Below, piece by piece: positions 1-8,634 of a stretch of DNA of 58,175 bases. Numbering within the stretch: the first letter of the stretch is position 1; each line of letters begins with the position of its first letter. A model generated the notes under the pieces. It did no database searches and had not been told where the DNA came from. It saw only the letters and a list, made by a program, of their open reading frames with translations. Source of the stretch: Candidatus Nealsonbacteria bacterium. GTDB lineage: Bacteria; Patescibacteriota; Minisyncoccia; Minisyncoccales; JAUWAW01. The stretch is from contig JAUWAW010000003.1 in NCBI GenBank assembly GCA_030601865.1, forward strand, positions 1 to 58,175, read 5' to 3'. The translations under genes and the position numbers were made by a program.

Positions 1-9
1 CGGCTAAAA

Positions 10-106
10 CAGACGGGCAAAAAGGAAGGGGGTCTGGGGGAAGGAATTTTTGCCCGTCTGGCTGTCCGCCAAAGGCGGACTTGACTGCCGCCGAAGGCGG
101 CAGTCA
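10..106 (+). repeat. three consecutive GC-rich stem-loops (10-60, 64-80, 82-106)
   Basis: Perfect stems read directly: cagacgggcaaaaa/tttttgcccgtctg, gtccgcc/ggcggac, tgactgccgcc/ggcggcagtca. Confidence 0.9.
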
Positions 107-160
107 GAAATCAGCGTCGGGATTTTCTTGAAAAAAGGTTCGGATTTTGTTTAATAGTCC

Positions 161-251
161 CCGCATTACAAGAAGTTCCGCCTCGCCCGCTAAATTTCCC
201 CCACAAAATTTAGCGGGCTCGGCGATAAAATCAGGCAAATTTCCGATTATT
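161..251. repeat. left 91-bp inverted repeat (IR-L)
   Basis: ccgcattacaagaagttccgcctcgcccgctaaatttcccccacaaaatttagcgggctcggcgataaaatcaggcaaatttccgattatt. It contains an internal hairpin, gcccgctaaattt/aaatttagcgggc. Confidence 0.95.
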
Positions 252-293
252 CTTTCGCCCTGCGGGGCGAAAGAAATTTTACCCTCTAATCTT

Positions 294-1823
294 ATGGTTA
301 AATACTTTCTCTACATTCGTAAATCAACTGATGATGAAGATCATCAAATACTTTCATTGGAAGCACAAAAAGCAGAGCTTAATGAATTTGCCTTGAAAGA
401 AAATCTAGATGTTGTTAAGACATTTGAAGAATCTCAAACTGCCAAAGAGCCGGGGCGGCCTGTCTTCAATGAAATGCTTGAACAGATTGAAAAAAGATAT
501 GCTCAAGGAATTTTAGCTTGGCATCCGGATAGATTGGCTCGTAATTCTATTGATGGCGGAAGAATAATATATCTTGTGGATACTGGAAAAATAAAGAAGC
601 TAAAATTCCCCAGCTTTTGGTTTGAGGATACGCCTCAAGGCAAATTCATGCTACAGATAGCTTTTGGCCAATCAAAATACTATGTTGATAATCTTTCAGA
701 GAATGTTAAACGAGGAATACGACAAAAATTGAGAAGAGGAGAATGGCCTGGCTTGGCTCCAATTGGTTATCTTAATGAATTAAGAACTCATACTTTGATA
801 AAAGATCCTAAACGTTTTTATCTAATTAGAAAATTGTTTGAGATATATGCAACTGAAAAACATTCTTTGAAAGATTTGCAGAAAATCATAACTTCTGCTG
901 GTTTGTTGACTCGCCGGGGACGTCCCCTATCAATCGCTGTGATTCAACACACTTTGCAAAATCCAATTTATTATGGCGTGTTTAGATATTATGGCGAATT
1001 ACACCAAGGAAAGCATAAACCAATGATTTCAAAGAAACTTTTTGATAAAGTTCAGAAAGTTATGGCAAATAAATCAAAGCCGAGAAAACAAAAAATTGTT
1101 AAACAATATGCTTTCAGAGGATTATTCAAGTGCGGCGAATGCGGATGCGCCATAACTTCTGAGACTCAAAAGGGACATATTTATTATCGCTGTACTAAAA
1201 AACGAATCCCCTGCTCTCAAAAATATATACGAGAGGAAAATCTGAATAAACAAATTTCAAAAATTCTTCAAAAAGTTTCTTTGAATCTAGCTTGGACTGA
1301 CAAAATGATTAAAGAATTAAATAAAGAAAATGAACAAAGCGCCCAAGCTGAATTTTCTTTTGCTCAAAATCTGAAATCCCAAATCAAAATTTGTGAAAAT
1401 AAATTAGATAAACTCTTGAATCTTCATTTATCCGGCATAATCTCACAAGAAGAATATGCAATCAAAAAAGAAAAAATCCTCAATCAAAAGATTGAGAATC
1501 AAGAAAAATTAAAGCATTTTGAGCAAAAGGATAATCATTGGCTCGAACGCGTAAAAAACTTCATTTTGCAAGCAAATCAAGCTCAAACTGTCGCCAAAAA
1601 AGGAACTCTTCAAGAAAAACGCGAATTCCTCAAAAAAGTTGGCTCGAACCTTGTTTTGGAGGATTGCGGTATAAAATATTTTCCACGCGGCGCGTGGAAA
1701 ATAATCGGAAATTTGCCTGATTTTATCGCCGAGCCCGCTAAATTTTGTGGGGGAAATTTAGCGGGCGAGGCGGAACTTCTTGTAATGCGGAGGGGGCGAG
1801 ATTCGAACTCGCATGTCCGTTAG
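294..1823 (+). CDS. large serine recombinase (resolvase/invertase N-domain, recombinase domain, zinc ribbon, coiled coil)
   Basis: YIRKSTDDED..SLEAQ catalytic-Ser region, HPDRLARN, CGECGC..YYRC zinc-ribbon, long K/E-rich tail. ATG 294 was chosen because 147-293 only translates IR-L. The 3' end reads through IR-R and 36 nt of the antisense tRNA. Confidence 0.85.
   Translation: MVKYFLYIRKSTDDEDHQILSLEAQKAELNEFALKENLDVVKTFEESQTAKEPGRPVFNEMLEQIEKRYAQGILAWHPDRLARNSIDGGRIIYLVDTGKIKKLKFPSFWFEDTPQGKFMLQIAFGQSKYYVDNLSENVKRGIRQKLRRGEWPGLAPIGYLNELRTHTLIKDPKRFYLIRKLFEIYATEKHSLKDLQKIITSAGLLTRRGRPLSIAVIQHTLQNPIYYGVFRYYGELHQGKHKPMISKKLFDKVQKVMANKSKPRKQKIVKQYAFRGLFKCGECGCAITSETQKGHIYYRCTKKRIPCSQKYIREENLNKQISKILQKVSLNLAWTDKMIKELNKENEQSAQAEFSFAQNLKSQIKICENKLDKLLNLHLSGIISQEEYAIKKEKILNQKIENQEKLKHFEQKDNHWLERVKNFILQANQAQTVAKKGTLQEKREFLKKVGSNLVLEDCGIKYFPRGAWKIIGNLPDFIAEPAKFCGGNLAGEAELLVMRRGRDSNSHVR
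1700..1790. repeat. right 91-bp inverted repeat (IR-R)
   Basis: Exact reverse complement of 161-251. A different GC hairpin lies just inside each copy (251-274 and 1681-1699). Confidence 0.95.
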
Positions 1824-1870
1824 GACGCCAGTTTTCAAAACTGGTGGAATAGCCGTTATCCGACCCCTCC
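1788..1870 (-). tRNA. tRNA-Ser (anticodon UGA)
   Basis: Cloverleaf folded by hand: acceptor GGAGGGG/CCCCTCC, anticodon stem CCAGT/ACTGG, loop TTTGAAA, long variable arm, T-arm GCGAG-TTCGAAT-CTCGC. CCA is not encoded. Confidence 0.85.
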
Positions 1871-1882
1871 AGATAAAGAAAG

Positions 1883-1971
1883 CGGAGAGGGTGGGATTCG
1901 AACCCACGAGAACCTTGCGGCTCTACCGTATTTCGAGTACGGCCCATTCAGCCAGACTTTGGTACCTCTCC
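1883..1971 (-). tRNA. tRNA-Ser (anticodon CGA)
   Basis: Acceptor GGAGAGG/CCTCTCC, D-stem CCA/TGG, anticodon stem CCGTA/TACGG with loop CTCGAAA, long variable arm, T-loop GGTTCGAATCC. Confidence 0.85.
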
Positions 1972-1982
1972 ATTTTAGAGTT

Positions 1983-2567
1983 TTACTTCCTCGTTCTAAT
2001 TACTTCGTCAATGATGCCGTAGTCCTTGGCTTCGTCGGCTGAGAGGTAAAAATCGCGGTCAGTGTCTCTTTCTACTGTTCTTAGAGGTTTGCCCGTATGC
2101 TTGGCTAAAATTTTATTAAGTTTGTCTTTTATTTTGACAATCTGTTTGGCCGTTATCTCAATCTCTATTGCCTGACCAATGACACCGCCGGCCACCTGGT
2201 GAAGCAAAACCTCGGCATTGGGCAGGGCAAATCTCTTTCCTTTGGCGCCGGCCGCCAGCAAGGTAGCTCCCATGGAAGCAGCTATGCCCAGACAGACCGT
2301 GGAGATAGGACACTTGACATACTGTATAGTATCGTAAATGGCCAGGCCAGCTGTAACTGAGCCACCGGGCGTGTTGATATAAAGCTGAATGTCTTTTTTA
2401 GGGTCTTGGCTGGCCAAAAAGAGTATCTGGGCAATGACTGAATTGGCCACCGCATCACTAATGGGGCCGGTCAGAAAAATAATCCGCTCTTTTAAAAGCC
2501 GAGAATAAATATCATAAGCCCGTTCTCCATATTTAGTTTTATCAACTACTGTGGGGATTAAATTCAT
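1983..2567 (-). CDS. clpP: ATP-dependent Clp protease proteolytic subunit
   Basis: 194 aa. Typical ClpP sequence throughout ([40 protein letters not shown]). Confidence 0.95.
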   Translation of the reverse strand: MNLIPTVVDKTKYGERAYDIYSRLLKERIIFLTGPISDAVANSVIAQILFLASQDPKKDIQLYINTPGGSVTAGLAIYDTIQYVKCPISTVCLGIAASMGATLLAAGAKGKRFALPNAEVLLHQVAGGVIGQAIEIEITAKQIVKIKDKLNKILAKHTGKPLRTVERDTDRDFYLSADEAKDYGIIDEVIRTRK

Positions 2568-2618
2568 GATTTTTCATTTCTCAAGACCTCCTTAGTATAC
2601 CTTTTAAGCGCTTCCAAG

Positions 2619-3554
2619 TCAACCTCTTTTTGCGCTTTTTTCTAAGAATTGAGCCAGGGGAGGAATAATCTGTTTTTTGCGCGAGGCCACACCCTGTAAA
2701 AACATAATTTCTTTTTCTATTGGGCCGCCAAAGACTTTTTTGGCTACTTCTTTTTCTTTTTTGTCAATAAGATACAAAAAGGAATTTTTCTTCAATATAT
2801 CTATAACTAAGAAAAAGAGAAGGCCAGCTTTTTTTTCTTTCTTTAACTTTCTTAATGCATTAAACATTTTTGTTTTCCAGGGTTTGAGTTTTTCCGGCGT
2901 AAGTGTTTCAAAAACCGAAACATCAAGTTTTACTCCTCCGAATTTATGTTCTTTGTAATCCCCTCCGACAATGTCTTGAGCGCTTAACCCTTTTATTGAT
3001 GACCTTGCCTCAAACATTTTTTGCGCCAGGTCTTTCGACTTTATCTTGGCAATACGAGCAAGTTTCCGGCCTATTTTTATATCCTCTTCTGTGGTTGTCG
3101 GGCCGCTAAAGCAAATGGTGTCTGATATAATGCCGGACAGCAAAAGCCCGGCTTGTTTTTTGTTTAGTTTAATATTCTTTTCTTTGGCAATTTTAGCAAT
3201 AATTGTGCTGGTTGAGCCGATGGGCTCAGCTCGGTAAAGAATGGGTTTGATCGTCTGGATATCGCCGATAAAATGATGGTCAATTACTTCCAAAATTTCT
3301 GCTTTGTTTAAACCGGGTGCAGAATTAGAACTGTCGCCATGGTCAAGCAAAATTACTTGTTTTCCAGCCACAGATTTTATTACATCAGGCCATTCTGCTT
3401 TGAAACGAGAGAGCACAAACTTTGTTTCTTTATTAAGGGCTCCCAGCCGGCAGGGTTTAACTTTCTCTCCCAATTTACTTTTCAAATTAGCATACACCAA
3501 AACAGAAACGATTGAATCAGTATCCGGGTTTTTATGGCCAATGATTATTATCAT
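2619..3554 (-). CDS. ppaC: DHH/DHHA2 phosphoesterase, probably family II (Mn-dependent) inorganic pyrophosphatase
   Basis: 311 aa with GHKNPDTDS, LLDHGD and IDHH motifs and a DHHA2-like C-terminal half. Its start overlaps the upstream membrane gene by 4 nt. Confidence 0.7.
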   Translation of the reverse strand: MIIIIGHKNPDTDSIVSVLVYANLKSKLGEKVKPCRLGALNKETKFVLSRFKAEWPDVIKSVAGKQVILLDHGDSSNSAPGLNKAEILEVIDHHFIGDIQTIKPILYRAEPIGSTSTIIAKIAKEKNIKLNKKQAGLLLSGIISDTICFSGPTTTEEDIKIGRKLARIAKIKSKDLAQKMFEARSSIKGLSAQDIVGGDYKEHKFGGVKLDVSVFETLTPEKLKPWKTKMFNALRKLKKEKKAGLLFFLVIDILKKNSFLYLIDKKEKEVAKKVFGGPIEKEIMFLQGVASRKKQIIPPLAQFLEKSAKRG

Positions 3555-4543
3555 AGTTTGTAAGGAATGCCAATTATCATGGCTCCTATTAGGAGCTTGC
3601 TGGAGCTGGCAATGTCTTGGGTAAAAATCAAAAAAAGGACCAGGACTGCTAAACCAGCTGAGGCAAGAACATAATTTTTAAAGGTTATAATGCCAATTAA
3701 AGAAAGCATGGCCAAAGCAGTTATGGTTAATCCATAAATTCCAGCCAGGGCAAAACTTGCCAGAACACCTATTGAAATTAAGATAATTGGTAATGCTCGA
3801 AGTTTCCTCCCTTTGGCAGTAATAAACATTGCCCAGGCGATGGCCAGGCCAATAAGGGCAGCCAGATAAACCCGAACCCCAAAATTGAAATTCTGGACGA
3901 CGAGCCAAAATCCAATAACTGCCAACAGTGTGCTTATCACCAGACCCTTGTAAACTCCGTTAAAGAAAGTAGCCATTATGGAGGCGAGTATTCCCACTGA
4001 AGCAAGGATTAAAGGAAACAAAATAATTCGGGGGTTTTGAGGGAAAATTACAGTACTTAGAATCATTGGAGCTAAGAGAATAACAAGATAGGTCTGAAAT
4101 AAATTAGCAGTCAGAGCTGCTTTTGTTTGAATTCTTTTGCTAAACTTAGCGAAAATGGTAATGATACTCGCGCCAACCCCCAAAGCCATAAGAGCTGTCA
4201 AGTCCTGTGTTAAAATCCGGAATCCGGAAACAGTTAAGAGTCCCAAGCCTGCAATTGAAAGTCGGATAGCCGTATCCCTTGAAATTATCATTCCCATAAA
4301 AGCAGCTAAGCCCGAAGCGACTCCACCCACCAAGAGACCCAAGCCGGCCTTGAAGCCGAGCGTCAGCCAGAGAATAAAAAATAAAATAACAAGTATAAGC
4401 CCAATGGGTTTGTATTGTTTTTTCAGATAAGAAACAACCCTTTCCCGAATGATTGAGAAGTTTTTTTTTATTTCGGGCCTCCCTATTAAAAAGAAAGCAA
4501 AAACAAGAGCGAAGAGAGAAACGATGACGGGAAGATAGAGCAT
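3551..4543 (-). CDS. polytopic integral membrane protein, unknown function
   Basis: 330 aa, hydrophobic throughout with about 9-10 predicted helices. Tightly packed between nusA (3-nt gap) and the ppaC-like gene (4-nt overlap). Confidence 0.6.
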   Translation of the reverse strand: MLYLPVIVSLFALVFAFFLIGRPEIKKNFSIIRERVVSYLKKQYKPIGLILVILFFILWLTLGFKAGLGLLVGGVASGLAAFMGMIISRDTAIRLSIAGLGLLTVSGFRILTQDLTALMALGVGASIITIFAKFSKRIQTKAALTANLFQTYLVILLAPMILSTVIFPQNPRIILFPLILASVGILASIMATFFNGVYKGLVISTLLAVIGFWLVVQNFNFGVRVYLAALIGLAIAWAMFITAKGRKLRALPIILISIGVLASFALAGIYGLTITALAMLSLIGIITFKNYVLASAGLAVLVLFLIFTQDIASSSKLLIGAMIIGIPYKL

Positions 4544-4546
4544 ATT

Positions 4547-5716
4547 TTATTTTTTTGGTTTGGTTTTCTTTTTAGTTTTGGTCGTCTTTTTCTCCTCTTC
4601 CATGGCTTCCGGGCTTCTGACGTCTATCTTCCAGCCGGTTAATTTGGCAGCCAACCTAACATTCTGGCCGTTTTTGCCAATGGCTAAAGAAAGTTGGTCC
4701 TCAGGTACCAGACAGAGCACTTTGTTCTTAGGCAGGGTTTTTACCTCTAATACCTTAGCTGGAGAAAGAGAATTGGCAATAAATTCTTCTGACTTTTCAG
4801 AATATTCAATAATGTCAATCTTTTCTCCTCCTAATTCATTAATTACGGCTGTAACCCTGATGCCTCGCTGTCCCACTACCGAGCCAATAGGGTCTACTCC
4901 CTCTGTCTTTGATTCCACGGCAATTTTTGAGCGAGACCCTGCTTCCCTGGCAATGGCACGGATGACCACGCTTTCCTGGGAGATCTCCGGAACTTCTATT
5001 TCAAAGAGTTTAGAAATAAGCTTGGGGTAGGCGCGCGAGAGAAAGACCATGGGGCCCTTAGGGGATTCCTCTACTTTTAGAATATAGAGCTTGAGCCGTT
5101 GACCGGGCTGGTAAAACTCTCCGGGAACTTGTTCCTCTCTGGGCAGAATTCCCAAGGTTTTACCAATGTCAAAATAAACATTCCCTCCTTCTATTCGTTG
5201 AACAATGCCAGAGATTATCTCCCCTTCCTTCTCTTTATATTCTGTGAAAATGACCTCTCTTTCTGCCTCTCTGATTCTTTGTAAAATTACTTGCTTGGCC
5301 GTTTGGGCAGCAATGCGGCCATAGTCCTGCTGCGTCTCTAAAGCCATTTCCAGTTCTTCTCCGGGTTTAATCTTGGACTTTATTTTTTTAGCTTCCACAA
5401 CCATAATATGCTTTTCTGGAGAAAAACGGACTTTTTCGCTTTCTTCTGTTCTTTCTTCTGGTTTTTTTTCTTTAAGTTTTTCCAATTCCTCTTCAGAATA
5501 AATCATATCTTCATCAACCACCAGCTTGACCTGCCAAAACTTAACTTGACCAGTTTCTGGGTCAAGTTTGGCTTTAATAATCTGCCCCTTTTTGCCAAAG
5601 TCCTTTTTGTAGGCCGCAGCCAGAGCCCGCTCAATGACTTCAAACACCTTTTCTGTGGGTATGCCTTTTTCTTCAGCGATTTGGGCAATGGCTGAGGTAA
5701 AGTTTTTTATATCCAT
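4547..5716 (-). CDS. nusA: transcription termination/antitermination factor NusA
   Basis: N-terminal NusA domain (IAEEKGI..VIERALAAAYKK), S1 region (GEIISGIVQR), two KH regions (GSRSKIAV, GQRGIRV, GKNGQNVRLA), basic tail. Confidence 0.9.
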   Translation of the reverse strand: MDIKNFTSAIAQIAEEKGIPTEKVFEVIERALAAAYKKDFGKKGQIIKAKLDPETGQVKFWQVKLVVDEDMIYSEEELEKLKEKKPEERTEESEKVRFSPEKHIMVVEAKKIKSKIKPGEELEMALETQQDYGRIAAQTAKQVILQRIREAEREVIFTEYKEKEGEIISGIVQRIEGGNVYFDIGKTLGILPREEQVPGEFYQPGQRLKLYILKVEESPKGPMVFLSRAYPKLISKLFEIEVPEISQESVVIRAIAREAGSRSKIAVESKTEGVDPIGSVVGQRGIRVTAVINELGGEKIDIIEYSEKSEEFIANSLSPAKVLEVKTLPKNKVLCLVPEDQLSLAIGKNGQNVRLAAKLTGWKIDVRSPEAMEEEKKTTKTKKKTKPKK

Positions 5717-5800
5717 TAATACAGTTTTACAAATTTACTTCCACCTGTCAATGGACTTGACATAGAATTATGGATATCCTAAGATGATACAACTATCCAG

Positions 5801-5939
5801 AATAAGAACCTGCCTCGCTAACGCTCGTCAGAACCTTGATTCGTTAAGGTATAAATATATAGTCTTGAATTAAGAACCTGCCTCGCTAACGCTCGTCAGA
5901 ACCTTGATTCGTTAAGGAATAAATATATAGTCTTGAATT
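5801..5939 (+). repeat. R1 element, two tandem copies (5801-5871, 5872-5939)
   Basis: aagaacctgcctcgctaacgctcgtcagaaccttgattcgttaagg(t/a)ataaatatatagtcttgaatt occurs twice. The second copy ends directly at ATG 5940. Confidence 0.95.
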
Positions 5940-6434
5940 ATGTCTAAAATCTTAAAATTAGATATTCTATTAGTAGCCATAATCTCTGGGGCTTTAGTGC
6001 TTTCTCCGGCTGCCTTGGGGTTGAAACCTCAACTAATTCCTTTAATGCAGGATGGGGAAAATTTAGAGAGCAGATTATTAACTTTTCAGCAAAATATCTT
6101 AGTGCCCATTTCAAATCCTCCCGGTTCGGGGCCAAAAGTGGTCAGGGAGGTAAAGACGATTGCCACTGGCTATTCCAGCACTTTTGACCAAACCGACGAG
6201 ACGCCTTTTATCACTGCTTCTGGCACCCAGGTTAGGGAAGGCATAGTGGCTGCTAATTTTCTGCCCTTTGGCACAAAAATACGGCTGCCTGAACTTTACG
6301 GAGATAAAATTTTCGTGGTTGAAGACCGAATGCATCCCCGCAAGAAATACCAGGTGGATATCTGGTTTCCCAACCGTGAAGATGCTCTCAACTTCGGCGC
6401 CGAGATAACCTACATTGAAGTCCTGGAGGGATAA
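5940..6434 (+). CDS. 3D-domain (MltA/Rpf-like) secreted cell-wall protein
   Basis: N-terminal hydrophobic anchor. C-terminal TGYSS..DETPFITASGT..GIVAAN..FGT..DRMHPR..VDIWF matches the 3D domain pattern. Confidence 0.7.
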   Translation: MSKILKLDILLVAIISGALVLSPAALGLKPQLIPLMQDGENLESRLLTFQQNILVPISNPPGSGPKVVREVKTIATGYSSTFDQTDETPFITASGTQVREGIVAANFLPFGTKIRLPELYGDKIFVVEDRMHPRKKYQVDIWFPNREDALNFGAEITYIEVLEG

Positions 6435-6475
6435 AATGTTTAAACTTCCACTTTAAACATTCTTCTTAAACTGCT

Positions 6476-7549
6476 ATGCCAAAGTTTAGGGAAAATATTA
6501 AAAAGATGGAGGCCTATAAGCCGCCGCTGGAGGGAAGGAGCAGGGGTGATTATTTGCTTTTGGATTTTAATGAGAGGACTATTAAGCCCAGCCCAAAAGT
6601 TAAAGAGGCCTTAAAAAAGTTTGTTGATTCAGGCCGGCTTCAAGTTTATCCTGAATACGGTGATTTGGAGGAAAAAATTGCTCAGTATGCTGAAGTGTCC
6701 AGCGAGCAAGCCATAGTTACTAACGGCGGCGACCAGGGCATTGATATTATCTGTCGGGCCCATATTTCAGAGGGAGACAAGGTAATTATTCCTTCACCTG
6801 GGTTTGCTATGCATTACCAGTCAGTTAGTATTCAGGGAGCTGAGATTTTAGAGCCGTCCTACAATGAAAAAGATGGCTCTTTTCCTTTTAGGGATGTCCT
6901 TAATTTGACTGCTAATGAAGATAGAATAGGATTGATAATACTTTGCAATCCTAATAATCCTCTGGGAAGTTCAATTCCCATTGAAAATGTGGAAAAAATC
7001 TTAAACAAAGCTAGCGAAAAACAAATACCTGTTTTGCATGATGAGGCCTATTTTGAATTTTCCGGCTTGACTGCTAAGGATTTAATTAACAACTATGACA
7101 ATCTTTATATCGTTAGAACCTTTTCCAAAGCCTTTGGTTTGGTGGCAACACGGGTTGGCTATGTTATCTCGCAGGAGCAGAACTTACAAGAGTTGCTAAA
7201 AATCAGAGGTCCCTATGATGTTAATATGTTTGCCAAGACCGCTGTTTTAGCGGCTTTGGAGGATATAAATTATGTGAAAGATTATGTCAGAGAAGTAATG
7301 CAGGAGTCAAAGCCAAAATTGGAGCAGTTTTTAAGAGAAAAAGGCATTGCTTTTTTTCCTTCAGCAGCCAATTTTTTGTTTTTGAAAGTATCTGAGCCAG
7401 AAAAAATTATTGAGAACTTGAAGGGCCAGGGTATTTTGGTCAGGCCCAAAAAAGGCCCTGGCAACAAAAACGGCGTCAGAATAGCCATAGGAACCTTAGA
7501 AGACACTGACAAGTTTATTAGTGCTTTCAATAAAGTTCTAAATATTTAA
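6476..7549 (+). CDS. hisC: histidinol-phosphate aminotransferase
   Basis: 357 aa class-II aminotransferase: YPEYG, CNPNNPLG, DEAYFEF, RTFSKAFGL (PLP-Lys). Confidence 0.85.
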   Translation: MPKFRENIKKMEAYKPPLEGRSRGDYLLLDFNERTIKPSPKVKEALKKFVDSGRLQVYPEYGDLEEKIAQYAEVSSEQAIVTNGGDQGIDIICRAHISEGDKVIIPSPGFAMHYQSVSIQGAEILEPSYNEKDGSFPFRDVLNLTANEDRIGLIILCNPNNPLGSSIPIENVEKILNKASEKQIPVLHDEAYFEFSGLTAKDLINNYDNLYIVRTFSKAFGLVATRVGYVISQEQNLQELLKIRGPYDVNMFAKTAVLAALEDINYVKDYVREVMQESKPKLEQFLREKGIAFFPSAANFLFLKVSEPEKIIENLKGQGILVRPKKGPGNKNGVRIAIGTLEDTDKFISAFNKVLNI

Positions 7550-7591
7550 AACCACCACTTTAAACACTCAGAGAGACAGGTAAATAAAGAA

Positions 7592-7628
7592 GCCACTTTC
7601 TCTTCGCAAAGAGAAAGCGGCTTTTATC
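7592..7628. terminator. hairpin between convergent genes (bidirectional terminator candidate)
   Basis: gccactttctct-tcgcaa-agagaaagcggc (one mismatch) followed by ttttatctt. Confidence 0.6.
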
Positions 7629-7647
7629 TTAGATTGGTCTCCCGGAT

Positions 7648-8403
7648 TTAGTAATCCGTCCAATACGAGACATTTTTAACCCGAAAGGACGGAAGGTCGT
7701 TTAGGATTGTCAAAGTTCTATCCACCGCCTCTCGATATTTGAAGCCGTGGTCACTTCTCTTACTATCTGGGTAGAAATATTGATTAGTTCTACCAACCAA
7801 TATCCTGCAGCTTTCCCTAGGGGTAATTTCTACAATTGCCCAGGGAGGGAACAGAGAGCTAATTTCGTCAAGGTAACTCTTTTCTATTTCTTTGTCTAAC
7901 CAAAGAAATATAGAATCATTTGACCAACCGCCCACAACGATACCAAATGGCATTTCTTCCCCGGCCACGATGATTACTCCTGTGGCAAGAGTTTTTCTGA
8001 AATTCTTATCCAGGCTCTCCTTTGGACTGGAAACTTCTCGAGGAATAAGGGACTGTCTTTTTTCCTCCAAAAGCATTTGGTTGGTAGCAAAGAGCCTTGC
8101 GAATTTGGGCCTCAGGCTCAAATTCGTTTTTCCATTGAAGATAATGGCCACTCCTATTACAACCACAACAGCCAGCACGACAAAATTAATCCACTTATTT
8201 GTCTTGGTGTGTCTTTCCATTCGCTCAATGTTCTTTACGGTGGCCAACGCCAAGTTTTTAGCTTTCTCTACCTCTGCAAACAGGACTTCCGTATCCGGGG
8301 CACCCAACTTCCTTAGTAAACTCTGAGCCCCTGTTGTTTCTGTTTGAATTATATCGTCCTCTCCCTCCTGTGTTGTTGCGATTTCTTTTGTCAACTCCTT
8401 CAT
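7648..8403 (-). CDS. hypothetical single-pass membrane protein
   Basis: 251 aa with one hydrophobic helix (WINFVVLAVVVVIGVAIIF). No recognisable motif. Confidence 0.5.
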   Translation of the reverse strand: MKELTKEIATTQEGEDDIIQTETTGAQSLLRKLGAPDTEVLFAEVEKAKNLALATVKNIERMERHTKTNKWINFVVLAVVVVIGVAIIFNGKTNLSLRPKFARLFATNQMLLEEKRQSLIPREVSSPKESLDKNFRKTLATGVIIVAGEEMPFGIVVGGWSNDSIFLWLDKEIEKSYLDEISSLFPPWAIVEITPRESCRILVGRTNQYFYPDSKRSDHGFKYREAVDRTLTILNDLPSFRVKNVSYWTDY

Positions 8404-8634
8404 TTTTTCCTCCTTTCAGTTATAACAACTAAAAATCATTTACTACCCCCTAAAACTACTACCTTCTAAAAGAGCAGGGAAAACACAAAAGTTATCTATG
8501 CTTTCCTTGTTCTTCTTTTTGCCCTAAATTTGTTTTACCTAATATAATAGAAGAAAGGTATTATTTTGTCAATACCTTTCGTTGGTGGCGGTGGCGGACT
8601 TCCTAAACTAAAAGAAAAATGATATTTTAAATTA

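Larger units (their letters stand above)
161..1790 (+). mobile_element. serine-recombinase cassette bounded by perfect 91-bp inverted repeats, abutting tRNA-Ser
   Basis: IR-L 161-251 is the exact reverse complement of IR-R 1700-1790. The only gene inside is a large serine recombinase. IR-R overlaps the tRNA 3' end by 3 nt. Confidence 0.6.

Noticed and set aside
147-293. N-terminal 49-codon extension of the recombinase ORF in the track (TTG start at 147)
   Set aside because: It is simply the translation of the left inverted repeat and its hairpin. The resolvase domain begins right after ATG 294.
2677-3624. Plus-strand ORFs (93, 68, 63 and 106 aa) antisense to the ppaC-like gene. Similar antisense ORFs lie inside nusA, clpB, hisD and the membrane gene.
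   Set aside because: They are low-complexity, motif-free shadows of strongly supported genes on the other strand.
3551-4543. Membrane protein next to the soluble pyrophosphatase, considered as a membrane-integral H+/Na+-pyrophosphatase
   Set aside because: It is only 330 aa and I could not find the acidic GGG/DVGADLVGK/DNVGDNVGD-type motifs. I left it as an unknown membrane protein.
5801-5939. Hammerhead-ribozyme-like CUGACGAG on the reverse strand of R1
   Set aside because: There is no GAAA core, no matching stem I/III and no cleavage-site triplet context. It is only a 7-nt resemblance.
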